Of a stretch of 64,000 bases of DNA, positions 1 to 8,842 are shown in pieces (position 1 is the first letter of the stretch; each line of letters starts with the position of its first letter). Below the pieces are notes generated by a model. The model saw only the letters and a program-made list of their open reading frames with translations. It did no database searches and was not told the DNA's origin. This stretch comes from Pelagomonas calceolata (lineage: Eukaryota), in contig CAKKNE010000001.1 of assembly GCA_918797485.1 (NCBI GenBank), positions 3,410,001 to 3,474,000 on the forward strand, read 5' to 3'. Both the position numbers and the translations under genes were made by a program.

Positions 1-1
1 C

Positions 2-1498
2 TGGTCGCTCGAGCACGTCGCGGCGCGGCGCGGCGACCTCGTGCACATCGAGTCGCGGCGCGACGAGGAGGTGACGCTCGAGTTCCTGCGCGGCGCCGAC
101 GAGGCGCTGCTGAACGTCGACCCGCAGACGGTCCGCCGCGCCCTCGCCGCGGCGCTCGTCCGCGTCGTGCCGGACCGCGAGGCGGACGAGGGCCCGGGCC
201 CGGGCGTGGCGGAAGAGGTCGACGCGTTCGCGACGGAGTACGCCGAGCTCATCCTCATCGGACTGAGCAAGGTGCCGCGGCTTGCCGACGGCCGCACGCC
301 GGTCGAGGTCGTGCCCGACGAGTCGGTGGAGGACAAGGCCGACCGGGAGTGGCTCGGGTTCACGCATAACGGGTCCTACGCGGCCCGCACGCGCCACGTG
401 CTGGTGAAGCGCGAGCGGGACCGGCGCCGGAGCGCGCGCGAGCTGGCCGTCGCGTACGTGCCACTCGCGTTCCGCCTCGCGTTCGCGGTGGTCGTCTTAA
501 TAGGCTTCGCCGGGTTCGCCTGGGGTACGGCCACCAATTTCGTCGTGTTCCTGCCGGACACGATGGCCTTGGCGGTGTCGGTCGTGCTGAACCTCTGGGC
601 GCTCTCTTCGACGCTCAACTACACGGCCGCGTTCCTCGAGGTCGACGCCGACGCCTCGGCCTGGCGCCGCGCCGCCGTCGTCACGTGCCGCTTCCACGAG
701 GGCTTGGCTCGCGTGATGTCCTGGGAGCTGCCGCTCGTGGCCCGGACGCGGGCGCTGCAGGCGTCGTGCGGCGACGTGGTGCTGCGGTGGTCGCGGCGCC
801 TCCAGCGCCAGGCCTTCCGCGAGCACCTGTCGCGGGGGCGCATCCGGGCGTCGGACGCTTGTTTATTTCTCGAAGATGTCGCTCGCTGTCGCGCGAGGCG
901 GCCCGCGCGGCCCGCGCGGGCCGACGTCGAGGACCCGCTCTACCAGTACGCCGGCGAGAAGGGCGCGACACGGGGCGTGATTCCCGGCACGCGCGACGAG
1001 GCGGAGGCGTTCCTGGGCCTCGCCGTCGAGGAGGAGCACACGGGCGCAGCGCCCCTCCCTCTGCCGTCGGCGGCGCTCGTGGCGTCGTTATGCGGCGTCG
1101 CGTCGGGGCGGTTCGCGGGCCTCCTCGAGAACGGCCCCGCGAGCCCCGCGAGCCCGGAGGAGCCGCGAGAAGAGCCCGAGGAGCCGCAGGAGCCGCCGCC
1201 GGTGCGGCCCGCGCCGCTGCCCAAGAAGCGCACCATCGAGGAGGCGCTCGAGGCGGGCGGCTGGGAGTTCAAGCGCGGAAAGCACCACATCGTCTTCGAG
1301 CGCCACGTCGTCGCGCCGGGCGGCCGCCGCGCCAAGCAGACGTTCGTCGCCGCGTCGACGCCGTCGGGCCGCGGCCGCAAGCAAGAGCTCGCCCGGCTCA
1401 ACAAGCTCAACCGCGAAGGCCCTGCCGCGCCCGCCGACGCGGGGGGGGTGCAGCGGACGGCGCGGCGCCGCAAGAAGCTGGGCAAGCGCGGACGCTAG
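2..1498 (+). CDS. 5'-truncated membrane protein with C-terminal HicA-like domain
   Basis: Frame is open from the window edge. Two hydrophobic segments. C-terminal LEAGGWEFKRGKHHIVFER...TFVAASTPS...LARLNKL resembles HicA/YcfA-like folds. Confidence 0.55.
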   Translation, partial: WSLEHVAARRGDLVHIESRRDEEVTLEFLRGADEALLNVDPQTVRRALAAALVRVVPDREADEGPGPGVAEEVDAFATEYAELILIGLSKVPRLADGRTPVEVVPDESVEDKADREWLGFTHNGSYAARTRHVLVKRERDRRRSARELAVAYVPLAFRLAFAVVVLIGFAGFAWGTATNFVVFLPDTMALAVSVVLNLWALSSTLNYTAAFLEVDADASAWRRAAVVTCRFHEGLARVMSWELPLVARTRALQASCGDVVLRWSRRLQRQAFREHLSRGRIRASDACLFLEDVARCRARRPARPARADVEDPLYQYAGEKGATRGVIPGTRDEAEAFLGLAVEEEHTGAAPLPLPSAALVASLCGVASGRFAGLLENGPASPASPEEPREEPEEPQEPPPVRPAPLPKKRTIEEALEAGGWEFKRGKHHIVFERHVVAPGGRRAKQTFVAASTPSGRGRKQELARLNKLNREGPAAPADAGGVQRTARRRKKLGKRGR

Positions 1499-1564
1499 CT
1501 CTGTTGTGCCGTATTAACTACTAAATAGTACACGACCCTTACCGGCATCAGTCGCTCGCGGCGC

Positions 1565-1620
1565 GCGACGCGGTCGGGCGCCGCCCCATCACAGGGGGGC
1601 GGCGCCGTCATGAGCGTCGC
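1565..1620 (-). promoter_or_regulatory. SECIS element (form 1, CC apical loop)
   Basis: Minus strand reads GCGACGC-UC-AUGAC-GGCGCCGCCCC-CCUGUGAU-GGGGCGGCGCC-CGAC-C-GCGUCGC: helix I, UGAN/NGAN quartet and a perfect 11-bp helix II, about 50 nt downstream of the stop of a UGA-containing gene. Confidence 0.85.
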
Positions 1621-1671
1621 GCACACATCGAGCGCGTCACCGGCATCGCGCGGTCCGCAACCGCGCATGCC

Positions 1672-2112
1672 CTAGCCTCAGCCGCCGCCGCCGCCCGCGG
1701 AGCCGAAGGACGTCGGCACGCCGGCGCCCGCGGACGCGATGTGCGGCCGCGCCGGCGAGTTCGAGACGTCGTCGTCGTAGACGCCGTGGATGTTCGACTT
1801 CTTCTTCTTCGGGAACGGCGAGTAGGCCGGGTCGAAGAGCGAGCCCCAGTACGCCCGCGTCATCAAAGTCGCGGTCCCGATCGCGCCGCGCTTTTTGGCC
1901 TTCTTGGCCTTGGCGGCGAGCTTGACCTTGGATTTACTCTTCTTCTTCGGCGCCAGGGGCTCGTCGGCGAGCTTCACTTTGGAGCTCTTCTTCGACCGCG
2001 GCGCCGGCGGGGGTCACGAGCCGCCCCTTACTGCGAGTGCGCGCACGGGCCGCGGGCGCGCCGCGGCGGCGCCCACGAAGGCGGCCAGCATCAGGGCTAT
2101 GCCCCGCGCCAT
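1672..2112 (-). CDS. Selenoprotein K-like protein (146 aa with UGA read-through at codons 33 and 145)
   Basis: ORFs 2014..2364 and 1678..1977 are in the same frame. The gene ends GGGGG-TGA-GGC-TAG, has YWGSLFDP and NIHG motifs and an N-terminal signal peptide, and has a downstream SECIS. Confidence 0.75.
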
Positions 2113-2310
2113 GACTCCGCAGCGCGTCTCCGCAGCTCCGCGTGGCACTGCTGTGTGCTGAGTGTCACGGCAAGAGCTGCGGCGAGGCGTACGCAAGCAG
2201 GGAACCCCGCAGCACTGGCAAACCTTCACTACGACTCGATTCCCACGCCTGCTTCCCGGTTGCACCGCTACGCTACGCGTACGAGCAGCTTCAAGTGCGC
2301 TCGAGCTCGT

Positions 2311-2334
2311 CCTAGTGCGTTTATGCACGCTAGC
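2311..2334 (-). promoter_or_regulatory. Bipartite CTAG promoter motif
   Basis: Reverse complement reads GCTAGCGTGCATAAACGCACTAGG; lies between divergent genes. Confidence 0.55.
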
Positions 2335-2518
2335 CCCGTTTTTTGAGGCTAGCTTTTTTACCACGCGGGAGTTACGGCTCGGCGAATCGCTTCAACTCAT
2401 CGTCATTCCGCCGTGAATTCAACTGCGATCGCTATTCGCGACTACGGGTGGAACCTGGAAGTCTGAAACCCCCAGGCTGGGCCCTGGTCATAAAATCGTA
2501 CGCTCGCGACTCATAACG

Positions 2519-3193
2519 ATGGACCTCGACGACGGCATCACCTGCCACGCCGCCGACGACCCCGCGATAAAGAACGAGCTGCGCCGCGCCTGGATCGCGG
2601 ACCGCCTCGACGAACGCCTCGGCGAGTTCGGCCAGACGCACGCCGTCGACGTCGTCTGCGCGACCTGGAACGCCAACGGCAAAGACGTCACGAAGCTAAA
2701 CCTCGACCTCGAACCCTGGCTCCGTTCCCGGTCCGCGCCGGCCGACGTCTACGCGGTCGGGGCCCATTGATCCTTCATGATGCCATCGACGCGACGCCTG
2801 CGCCGACGACGCCGCACGCAGGTCGACGCCGGCGCCGTGCCGACGGGGGCCCCGCCGCGCGCCGTCGCCGCCGCGCTCACGTCGCTTCTGGCCACGCTCG
2901 CGGTCCCCGTGTGCGCTCCCGCGTTCCTGCCGCCCTTCGCGGGGACCGACGACGACCGCATCTCGCAGTGGGCTTTTGACCTGCTCGAGGCGCTCCCGAA
3001 CGCGCATTACAACGCCTTCGTCTACGTGTTGGCGTTGCTGCGCGAGGTCCTTGCGAAGTCGTGGCAGACGACGGCGGCGACGCGCCTCGCGTCCGTCGCA
3101 AGGGACGCGTTCCTCCCCGACGGCGAGGCCGAGGCCGACGCGCGCGATCACATCTTCGCGGCGGTGCGATTCCTACTGACGAGTAATCTTTGA
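2519..3193 (+). pseudogene. Internally deleted OCRL/INPP5B-like gene (5-phosphatase N-terminal fragment joined to RhoGAP-like C-terminal fragment); possible intron 2756-2821
   Basis: VVCATWNANG...WL...DVYAVG is the start of an inositol polyphosphate 5-phosphatase domain. It is followed, after an introner-like sequence, by a RhoGAP-like helical tail (LPNAHYNAFVYVLALLREVL). Confidence 0.6.
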
Positions 3194-3246
3194 AACTACT
3201 GGGTGAGTCGTGGCGGTCGCGTGGTGCCACGAATGCCACGAGAACA

Positions 3247-4227
3247 CTAATATGTCCTATAATGCCCCCGGTCCTTGCGACCCCCGAGAAACGCGCCGAC
3301 CGCGAATGCGACGAGTACCGTCAGGAAACTATAGCCGCACGCCGCCGGCGTCGCCGCCTCGCACGGTGGACAGACAGGCTTGGCTGGTGTCGCAGCGCCG
3401 GGCGAGACGGCTGGTGTTGTTTTGACTGCTGATGCCGGCTGCGGACGTCCACCGCCGTACGACGCGGCCCACGCGGCGGCGCCCTCGCCGCCACCCGCGC
3501 GCCGCGCGGCCCGGGCGACTAACCCTTTCGCGGAGTAGAGGTCATGTCGCGTCGTGAGAAATTCGCGGACCGAGGCGAGCTTTCGGTAGCCCGGCTCCAG
3601 GCTCGACACGACGTTTCGCGTCGACGCGTCTTCGCGCGCCTTGCGAGCAGATACTTCGGCCGGCGTCAGGCCCGTGTCCTCCGTGCCAAGATAAGAGAGC
3701 TCGTAGGCCCCCGACGGCTCCGCGCCGGCGGCCCCGTAGACCCAGTCGAAGATCGCCTTCGTGCGGGCGAGGTGGAACTCGCTTGTGATGACGAGGAGTC
3801 GTCTCCAGCCCGCCAGCGAGCAGTGGTCGTTCCGCGAGTAGAACGCGTTGCCGATCGTGTCGAACGACGTCGTCTCGACGAAGACGTCCGCTGAATTAAC
3901 GCCTTCATTGATGATCACCGCCGCCGACGCCGTCGCCTCGAAGACCACGGAGCCGCGCGCGTCGAGCAGCTGCGGGACGTGGGCCGTGCCCGCCGACAGC
4001 GTCAGAATCTTCGGTTTCTTGGCCGCCGCCTTCCACAGCGCCGCGGCCGCCTTGCACCGCGCGGCGACGAAGGGTAGCTGGGCGTCGGGCGCGGGGGGCG
4101 CGCCGCCGCCGAGCACCAGGATGGCGTCTACTCTCAGTAATTTGGCTTCATCGAATGACAGGATCGTGGCGCTCGTTGTGTGCAGCAATACGGCAGCAAT
4201 CACTGTCGCGCGACGCAGTGCGCCCAT
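3247..4227 (-). CDS. DUF218/YdcF/ElyC-like protein with signal peptide and C-terminal TM segment
   Basis: DAILVLGGG, VETTSFDTIGNA and LVITSEFHLART motifs. Confidence 0.8.
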   Translation of the reverse strand: MGALRRATVIAAVLLHTTSATILSFDEAKLLRVDAILVLGGGAPPAPDAQLPFVAARCKAAAALWKAAAKKPKILTLSAGTAHVPQLLDARGSVVFEATASAAVIINEGVNSADVFVETTSFDTIGNAFYSRNDHCSLAGWRRLLVITSEFHLARTKAIFDWVYGAAGAEPSGAYELSYLGTEDTGLTPAEVSARKAREDASTRNVVSSLEPGYRKLASVREFLTTRHDLYSAKGLVARAARRAGGGEGAAAWAASYGGGRPQPASAVKTTPAVSPGAATPAKPVCPPCEAATPAACGYSFLTVLVAFAVGAFLGGRKDRGHYRTY

Positions 4228-4384
4228 GATGCAGCCCATCTCCTGGATCCGGTGTGTGCTTGTGCCCTGCTTGTTACAACAGCCGTCCCGCTGAGGGGTG
4301 ACGACTCTGCACAATAGATGGCTCGGAATGAGGTGCGCCAAGGCGCGGGGCAGCCCAAATCAGCCGCGGCGCCCGGCGCCGAGA

Positions 4385-4408
4385 CCTAGCGTGCGCAAAG
4401 ACACTAGC
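4385..4408 (+). promoter_or_regulatory. Bipartite CTAG promoter motif
   Basis: CCTAGCGTGCGCAAAGACACTAGC between divergent genes. Confidence 0.65.
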
Positions 4409-4565
4409 AAGACAGACAAGCCCTAAAAAAGCTGCTTTACAACGCCTGTGATCATTAAAAATCTTCGAAAAAGGAGCTGCCGCAGTGCTTTGCAGGCGCA
4501 TCGATCCCTCGGCCATCGCAATCCATCGCTGCCGGCCAGGTTACATCAAGTCCAGCGCCACCAGG

Positions 4566-5445
4566 ATGGGCGCCGCGATAGAGAGAGAAGCGACGGCCGT
4601 CCTCAAGGACGCCGAACAACTGGCCAAGGTCGACACAATTGAAGAACTCGTCGCATTACTTATCTTCACGGTGATAGCGTTGACAGCAATATGGGTCCTC
4701 TACCGCCTCGACAGCGCGCCCGTCTGGGAGCTTGCGAAGGTCGACGAGTTCACGAAGGCCGTGGACGGCGACCGCGTGCTCTTCGCGGGGTCCTGGAACC
4801 CGCCGCACGCCGGCCACGTCGCTATATTAAGAGCGCTGGCCAGGCGCCACGGGCACGTCTACGCCTGCGTCGGCCACAACGCGAAGAAGACGTATTTGGT
4901 GGATGCCGAGCAGCGCACACAACTCGTGCGCGTTGTGGTGGACGCGGACCCCGTGCTGCGAAACAGGGTGACGGTCGTCGCGACCGCGGGCTACGTCTGG
5001 CGCGAGGCCAAGCGGCTGAAATGCGCCGCGCTCTATAGGGGTGTCCGGAGCTGGCGCGCGGACGGTTTCAGCGAGACGGTCCTGCACGTGCTGAACCTCG
5101 TGTGTGTGCTCGGTGTCCGTTCCTTCCCTTCGTGACGGTCGCGGCGACGGCGTCCGGGTGGGCTCTCCGCCGCCTCCACGCCATCGACGCGGCCCGATCT
5201 ACACACGAGCCGGACGCGAGACCGAAACAACAAGAACACCACACAGGGGCCCGCTCGTCCTCGGCCCGTGCTTAAGACCGGTAGCGACGCGCTACCTCGC
5301 GGCCGACGCCGCGCACGGCGACTGCTCCTCCTCGGAAGTGCGCCGCCGCGTCGCGGCCCACGAGCCGCTCGAGGGCCTCGTGCCGCGCGCCATCCGCGCC
5401 GACGTCAGGCGGCTCTACAAGCGCGGGGGCGACAAGGACGCCTGA
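4566..5445 (+). CDS. Phosphopantetheine adenylyltransferase (CoaD-like, HxGH cytidylyltransferase fold) with N-terminal TM; intron 5102-5246
   Basis: FAGSWNPPHAGH, YRGVRS and SSSEVRR motifs. A GT-AG intron restores the frame (LNLV|GPLVLG). Confidence 0.7.
5102..5246 (+). other. Spliceosomal intron carrying the introner core motif (no clear TIR/TSD)
   Basis: GTGTGTG...CACACAG; contains CCTCCACGCCATCGACGCG, shared with the TIR-bearing introners. Confidence 0.7.
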
Positions 5446-5463
5446 TAATTGCAATACACTTAC

Positions 5464-5751
5464 TCAGAGGCCCCCCTGCTGCTCGAGCATGCAGTCGAGC
5501 TGGTCGCCGTCCTCCATGTCGATGTCGGCGGGCGTCTGGTCGCCGCGCACGCGCGAGCCGTCGAAGAGGAAGCGCAGGGAAGTCGCCGCGACGCCCTTGC
5601 GCGTCGAGTACGCGTTGAAGACCTTGTCGAGCTTCGTCGTCTTCTTGACCTTGAAGAAGGTCTCCTCGCCCGTCTGGTCGCGGATGCGGATGTTGAGGCT
5701 GCCCTCGCCGCCCTCCTTCTTCTCGGGCTTCTTGTCCTCCGAGTCGGCCAT
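5464..5751 (-). CDS. SUMO: Small ubiquitin-like modifier SUMO
   Basis: FFKVKKTTKLDKVFNAY...LRFLFDG...QTPADIDMEDGDQLDCMLEQQGG. Confidence 0.95.
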   Translation of the reverse strand: MADSEDKKPEKKEGGEGSLNIRIRDQTGEETFFKVKKTTKLDKVFNAYSTRKGVAATSLRFLFDGSRVRGDQTPADIDMEDGDQLDCMLEQQGGL

Positions 5752-6364
5752 CGCTTTGTCGCCGCTGCTGTCTCTCTCTGCGCGTTCCGCCGCGGTCCGT
5801 GTCTGCGTGGGGCGTCGCGTCGTTTCCGCGGTCCTGCGGCGCTCTCTGCCGTCGGCGCCGGCTGTTCGATGACGGTCAGCCATTGCGGTCGCCCCGCCGT
5901 CGCCGCGCCGGGCGCGCTGCGAGTCAGGTCTGTCCCTCCTTGCTCTGCGCTCCGCTCAGGCGCCGCGGAGGGCTCGGCGCTCTCGCGCAGCCGTCTAGAT
6001 CACGTCTGCGACGTTAAAATTTTGAACTGGCCGGTAGAGGCGCTGCTACGTGCGCAAAATGCCGAGTCGCGCTCGAGCGCTCGAATCGATCGAGCGTCGC
6101 GGGTTTTTGAGCACACGTCTCCGCCGGTTGGAATCTAGGCGCCTCTACTTAGTCGAATTCGCCGAGGAAGTATGGTGGACTCTTGAATGAATTTGGGCTG
6201 GTTTTGCCGAATGCTTGCTCGCGCGCTCGACGCCAGGCATATAGGCCTCCACAGATCATAGACTGTCGCGCAAACAACACCTTTCTATCACCTTTCAGCC
6301 TTGCTAAACGATTCACCATCGCTAACAGCTCACAAGACTCAAAAAGCAGCAAACACAAGCAGCC

Positions 6365-7456
6365 ATGGCAGCCCAAACGGACTCGCTGCGCAAGTTCGCG
6401 ATCCTCGCATCAAAAGCCAAGATGCACGCCAAGGCCGAAGAGCTCTGGCAGCGCCTCGTCGACGCTAATAACGAGGACGGCGCGGCGCGCTACAACCTCG
6501 CGAACGCCCAATCAGCTCTGGGAAAACTGGACGCTGCCTTAACGCACTACGACGCGGCCATACGGGAGACGGACGACGCCGCACTGGCCAAGGCCTGCCG
6601 CGCGAACGCCTCTTGTGCTTGTATTAAGGCCCAAGAGCCCGATAGAGCGTTACAATACTGCCAGGAGATGGACTCGCCTACCGCATTATATAACCTGAAT
6701 ACGGCTCTAAGGCAGCTGGGCCGGCAGGACGAGGCCATCCGGATAACGTGGGCCAAGATTTTGGGTGACGCGCCGCCGAAATTGCGAGACTATATCCAGT
6801 CAAGGGGCCGCGACCGATCCATAACGGTCGTCTGCGTCAAGTGGGGCGCGAAGTACGATGCGACGTATGTCAACAAGCTCGCGAGAAGTTGTAGGAGGCA
6901 CCTGCAAGGGATGGGGCGCCTCGTGTGCTTCACCGACGACGATGCAGGTTTAGATGATATTGTCGAGGCTCGATCATTACCAACAACAACGATGAAGGCC
7001 TGGTGGCTCAAGGCCTACCTCTTTTCAGACACAGCAAATTTGACGGGCCCGGTCCTCTACTTAGATCTGGACACGGTCGTCTGCGGCGATCTGAGTAAAA
7101 TAGCCGCGCTCGCCTCGGGATCACGCTTCGCGACGCTCGGGACGGCGGCCATGAGGAACGAGAACAGGTCAGGCGGCTACAACTCGAGTGTGATGGCGTG
7201 GACGGCGCCGCTCTACTCGGAGATCTGGGCGTTATTAAACGAGCCGGGCGCCTACGAGGTCATCACAAATTGTGTCTACAAGTTCGACCACTGGCTCGAG
7301 ATGGTTATTGAAGATGCGCGGCTCGTCGACGGCGGCGTCGCGGAGTACGCGTCGTTAACCGGTCCGCCGTCTCCCCAAATATCGGTCGTCTGCTTCCCGC
7401 TGACGCCGAAGCCCCACGAGGTTTCGGATGACTGGGTTCTAGAAAACTGGGTCTAA
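6365..7456 (+). CDS. TPR-repeat protein fused to a GT-A-type glycosyltransferase domain
   Basis: N-terminal TPR-like helices; VCVKWGAKY...YVNKL, CFTDD, WWLK, LYLDLDTVV (DxD) and YNSSVM motifs. Confidence 0.75.
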   Translation: MAAQTDSLRKFAILASKAKMHAKAEELWQRLVDANNEDGAARYNLANAQSALGKLDAALTHYDAAIRETDDAALAKACRANASCACIKAQEPDRALQYCQEMDSPTALYNLNTALRQLGRQDEAIRITWAKILGDAPPKLRDYIQSRGRDRSITVVCVKWGAKYDATYVNKLARSCRRHLQGMGRLVCFTDDDAGLDDIVEARSLPTTTMKAWWLKAYLFSDTANLTGPVLYLDLDTVVCGDLSKIAALASGSRFATLGTAAMRNENRSGGYNSSVMAWTAPLYSEIWALLNEPGAYEVITNCVYKFDHWLEMVIEDARLVDGGVAEYASLTGPPSPQISVVCFPLTPKPHEVSDDWVLENWV

Positions 7457-7550
7457 TATTTTGTCAAGTTAGAACTCGCGGCCGTGCCACCGCCGGTGGT
7501 GGTGGTGGCGCGACGGCCCGCGCCTGCACAATCAATACACTCTATCGCGA

Positions 7551-7820
7551 TCAAAGGCCGGGACGCCGCTTCTTCGACGCTTTCTTTGCTTGCTTTTTTG
7601 CGCGATTTTTGTGTTGTTTTTTCATTCGTAATTCATGTAAAGTTTTCGACTGGGTCCCGCCCTTCTTGAGCGCGTTCTTGCGGGACTGGGCCTTGCGGCT
7701 CAGTTGCTCCTGGCGTCTTTGGTGATACTCCTCGTGGCTCCGGACCTCGCGGCTCTTCTGCATTTGGGCGCTGCTGAAGGCGGTCAAGAGCGCGACGAGC
7801 GCTGCGAGGCGGCGCATCAT
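7551..7820 (-). CDS. Small basic protein with signal peptide
   Basis: MMRRLAALVALLTAFSSA followed by a Lys/Arg-rich tail. Confidence 0.5.
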   Translation of the reverse strand: MMRRLAALVALLTAFSSAQMQKSREVRSHEEYHQRRQEQLSRKAQSRKNALKKGGTQSKTLHELRMKKQHKNRAKKQAKKASKKRRPGL

Positions 7821-8042
7821 GTTTGTGGCGCTCGTCCCACGCGTGCGCGCCGCTCCGACTCGCGTGCCGTCGGCGTCAGCCGGGCTGCCCACCACCACCC
7901 TGTGGGTCCACGGCTCGCGGCTGCGCGCCCGTCCAGTTACGTGGGTCTGCGAGAGTGCTCTAGCCTGACCCCCTCCTTGGGCTGCCCCTTGGGCTGCCTC
8001 TTGCGAGCAATTACGTTCCGTTTTTCTCGGTTATTTTTTGGT

Positions 8043-8065
8043 GCTAGCGGGCTGTAAGGCACTAG
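8043..8065 (+). promoter_or_regulatory. Bipartite CTAG promoter motif
   Basis: GCTAGCGGGCTGTAAGGCACTAG between divergent genes. Confidence 0.65.
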
Positions 8066-8243
8066 AAACAGCGCGAGTTTTGCCCGTCGTCCAAGCTAGC
8101 TATACATCGAGCGGCGTTACGCTGGGACGTGATAATCGCAGCCTTACGACCCATATCGCTGTCCCTCAAAATCTTCGGGCGTGGTTCGGCGCTCACCTAA
8201 TCTCCCACACCGCTGCTCTACAGTCGTACAGCCTTGGGCATCG

Positions 8244-8631
8244 ATGGCGTCCCCGCAGATGTGCCTTGCCGTGTCCAGATAACATAAGCACCACGGTTGG
8301 GGCGGCCGCCGCGAAACGCCGTCGAGGCGCCGCCGCGCGCGGGTCCGCGACCGCCGCGTCACGCAGGTACGTCCGCGTCAAGCGGAAAAACACGACGGTC
8401 TTTCTTAATGTAGAGAAGAGCGACTCCTTCGGCGGCATCAAGGCCAAATTAGCGGAGATTTTAGGCGCCGACGCCGAGAAGATACACCTCTTTACCAGTA
8501 GAGACGAATCGACAGAAACGGTCGACACGGCCTTCGTCGACAACTTCTGCGAGTCCGACGTCGTCGTCTACATGAAAATGGACGGGGACAAGGGCATCGA
8601 GGTCGACGAGCCCCCGAAGCCTAGCGCATAA
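8244..8631 (+). CDS. Elongin-B-like ubiquitin-fold protein; intron 8261-8366
   Basis: Spliced MASPQM|YVRVKRKNTTVFLNVEKSDSFGGIKAKLAEIL resembles the Elongin B N-terminus; GT...CAG intron. Confidence 0.7.
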
Positions 8632-8842
8632 AGACGATTTTTCTAAACCTCCGAGTCGCCGGCCGTCACGAGTCATCCGTCGTCGCCTCCGAGCACTTTC
8701 TCCGAGCTAACACTCGGGGCGACGGCGTATGGGGGCCGGGGGCGGGGCGAGTGTTCGGTCAAGCAGGCCCTGCGGCGGCTCCGCGGCTAGGCGGCCTAGC
8801 TCTAAGCAAAGCAACCGTGACCTCCGAGCCGGGCTAAAAATC

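Noticed and set aside
685..1524. Long alternative-frame and antisense Arg/Ala/Pro-rich ORFs (also 57116..58369, 28935..29864, 33549..34547 and many others)
   Set aside because: Shadow ORFs caused by high GC and stop-codon scarcity; they overlap well-supported genes.
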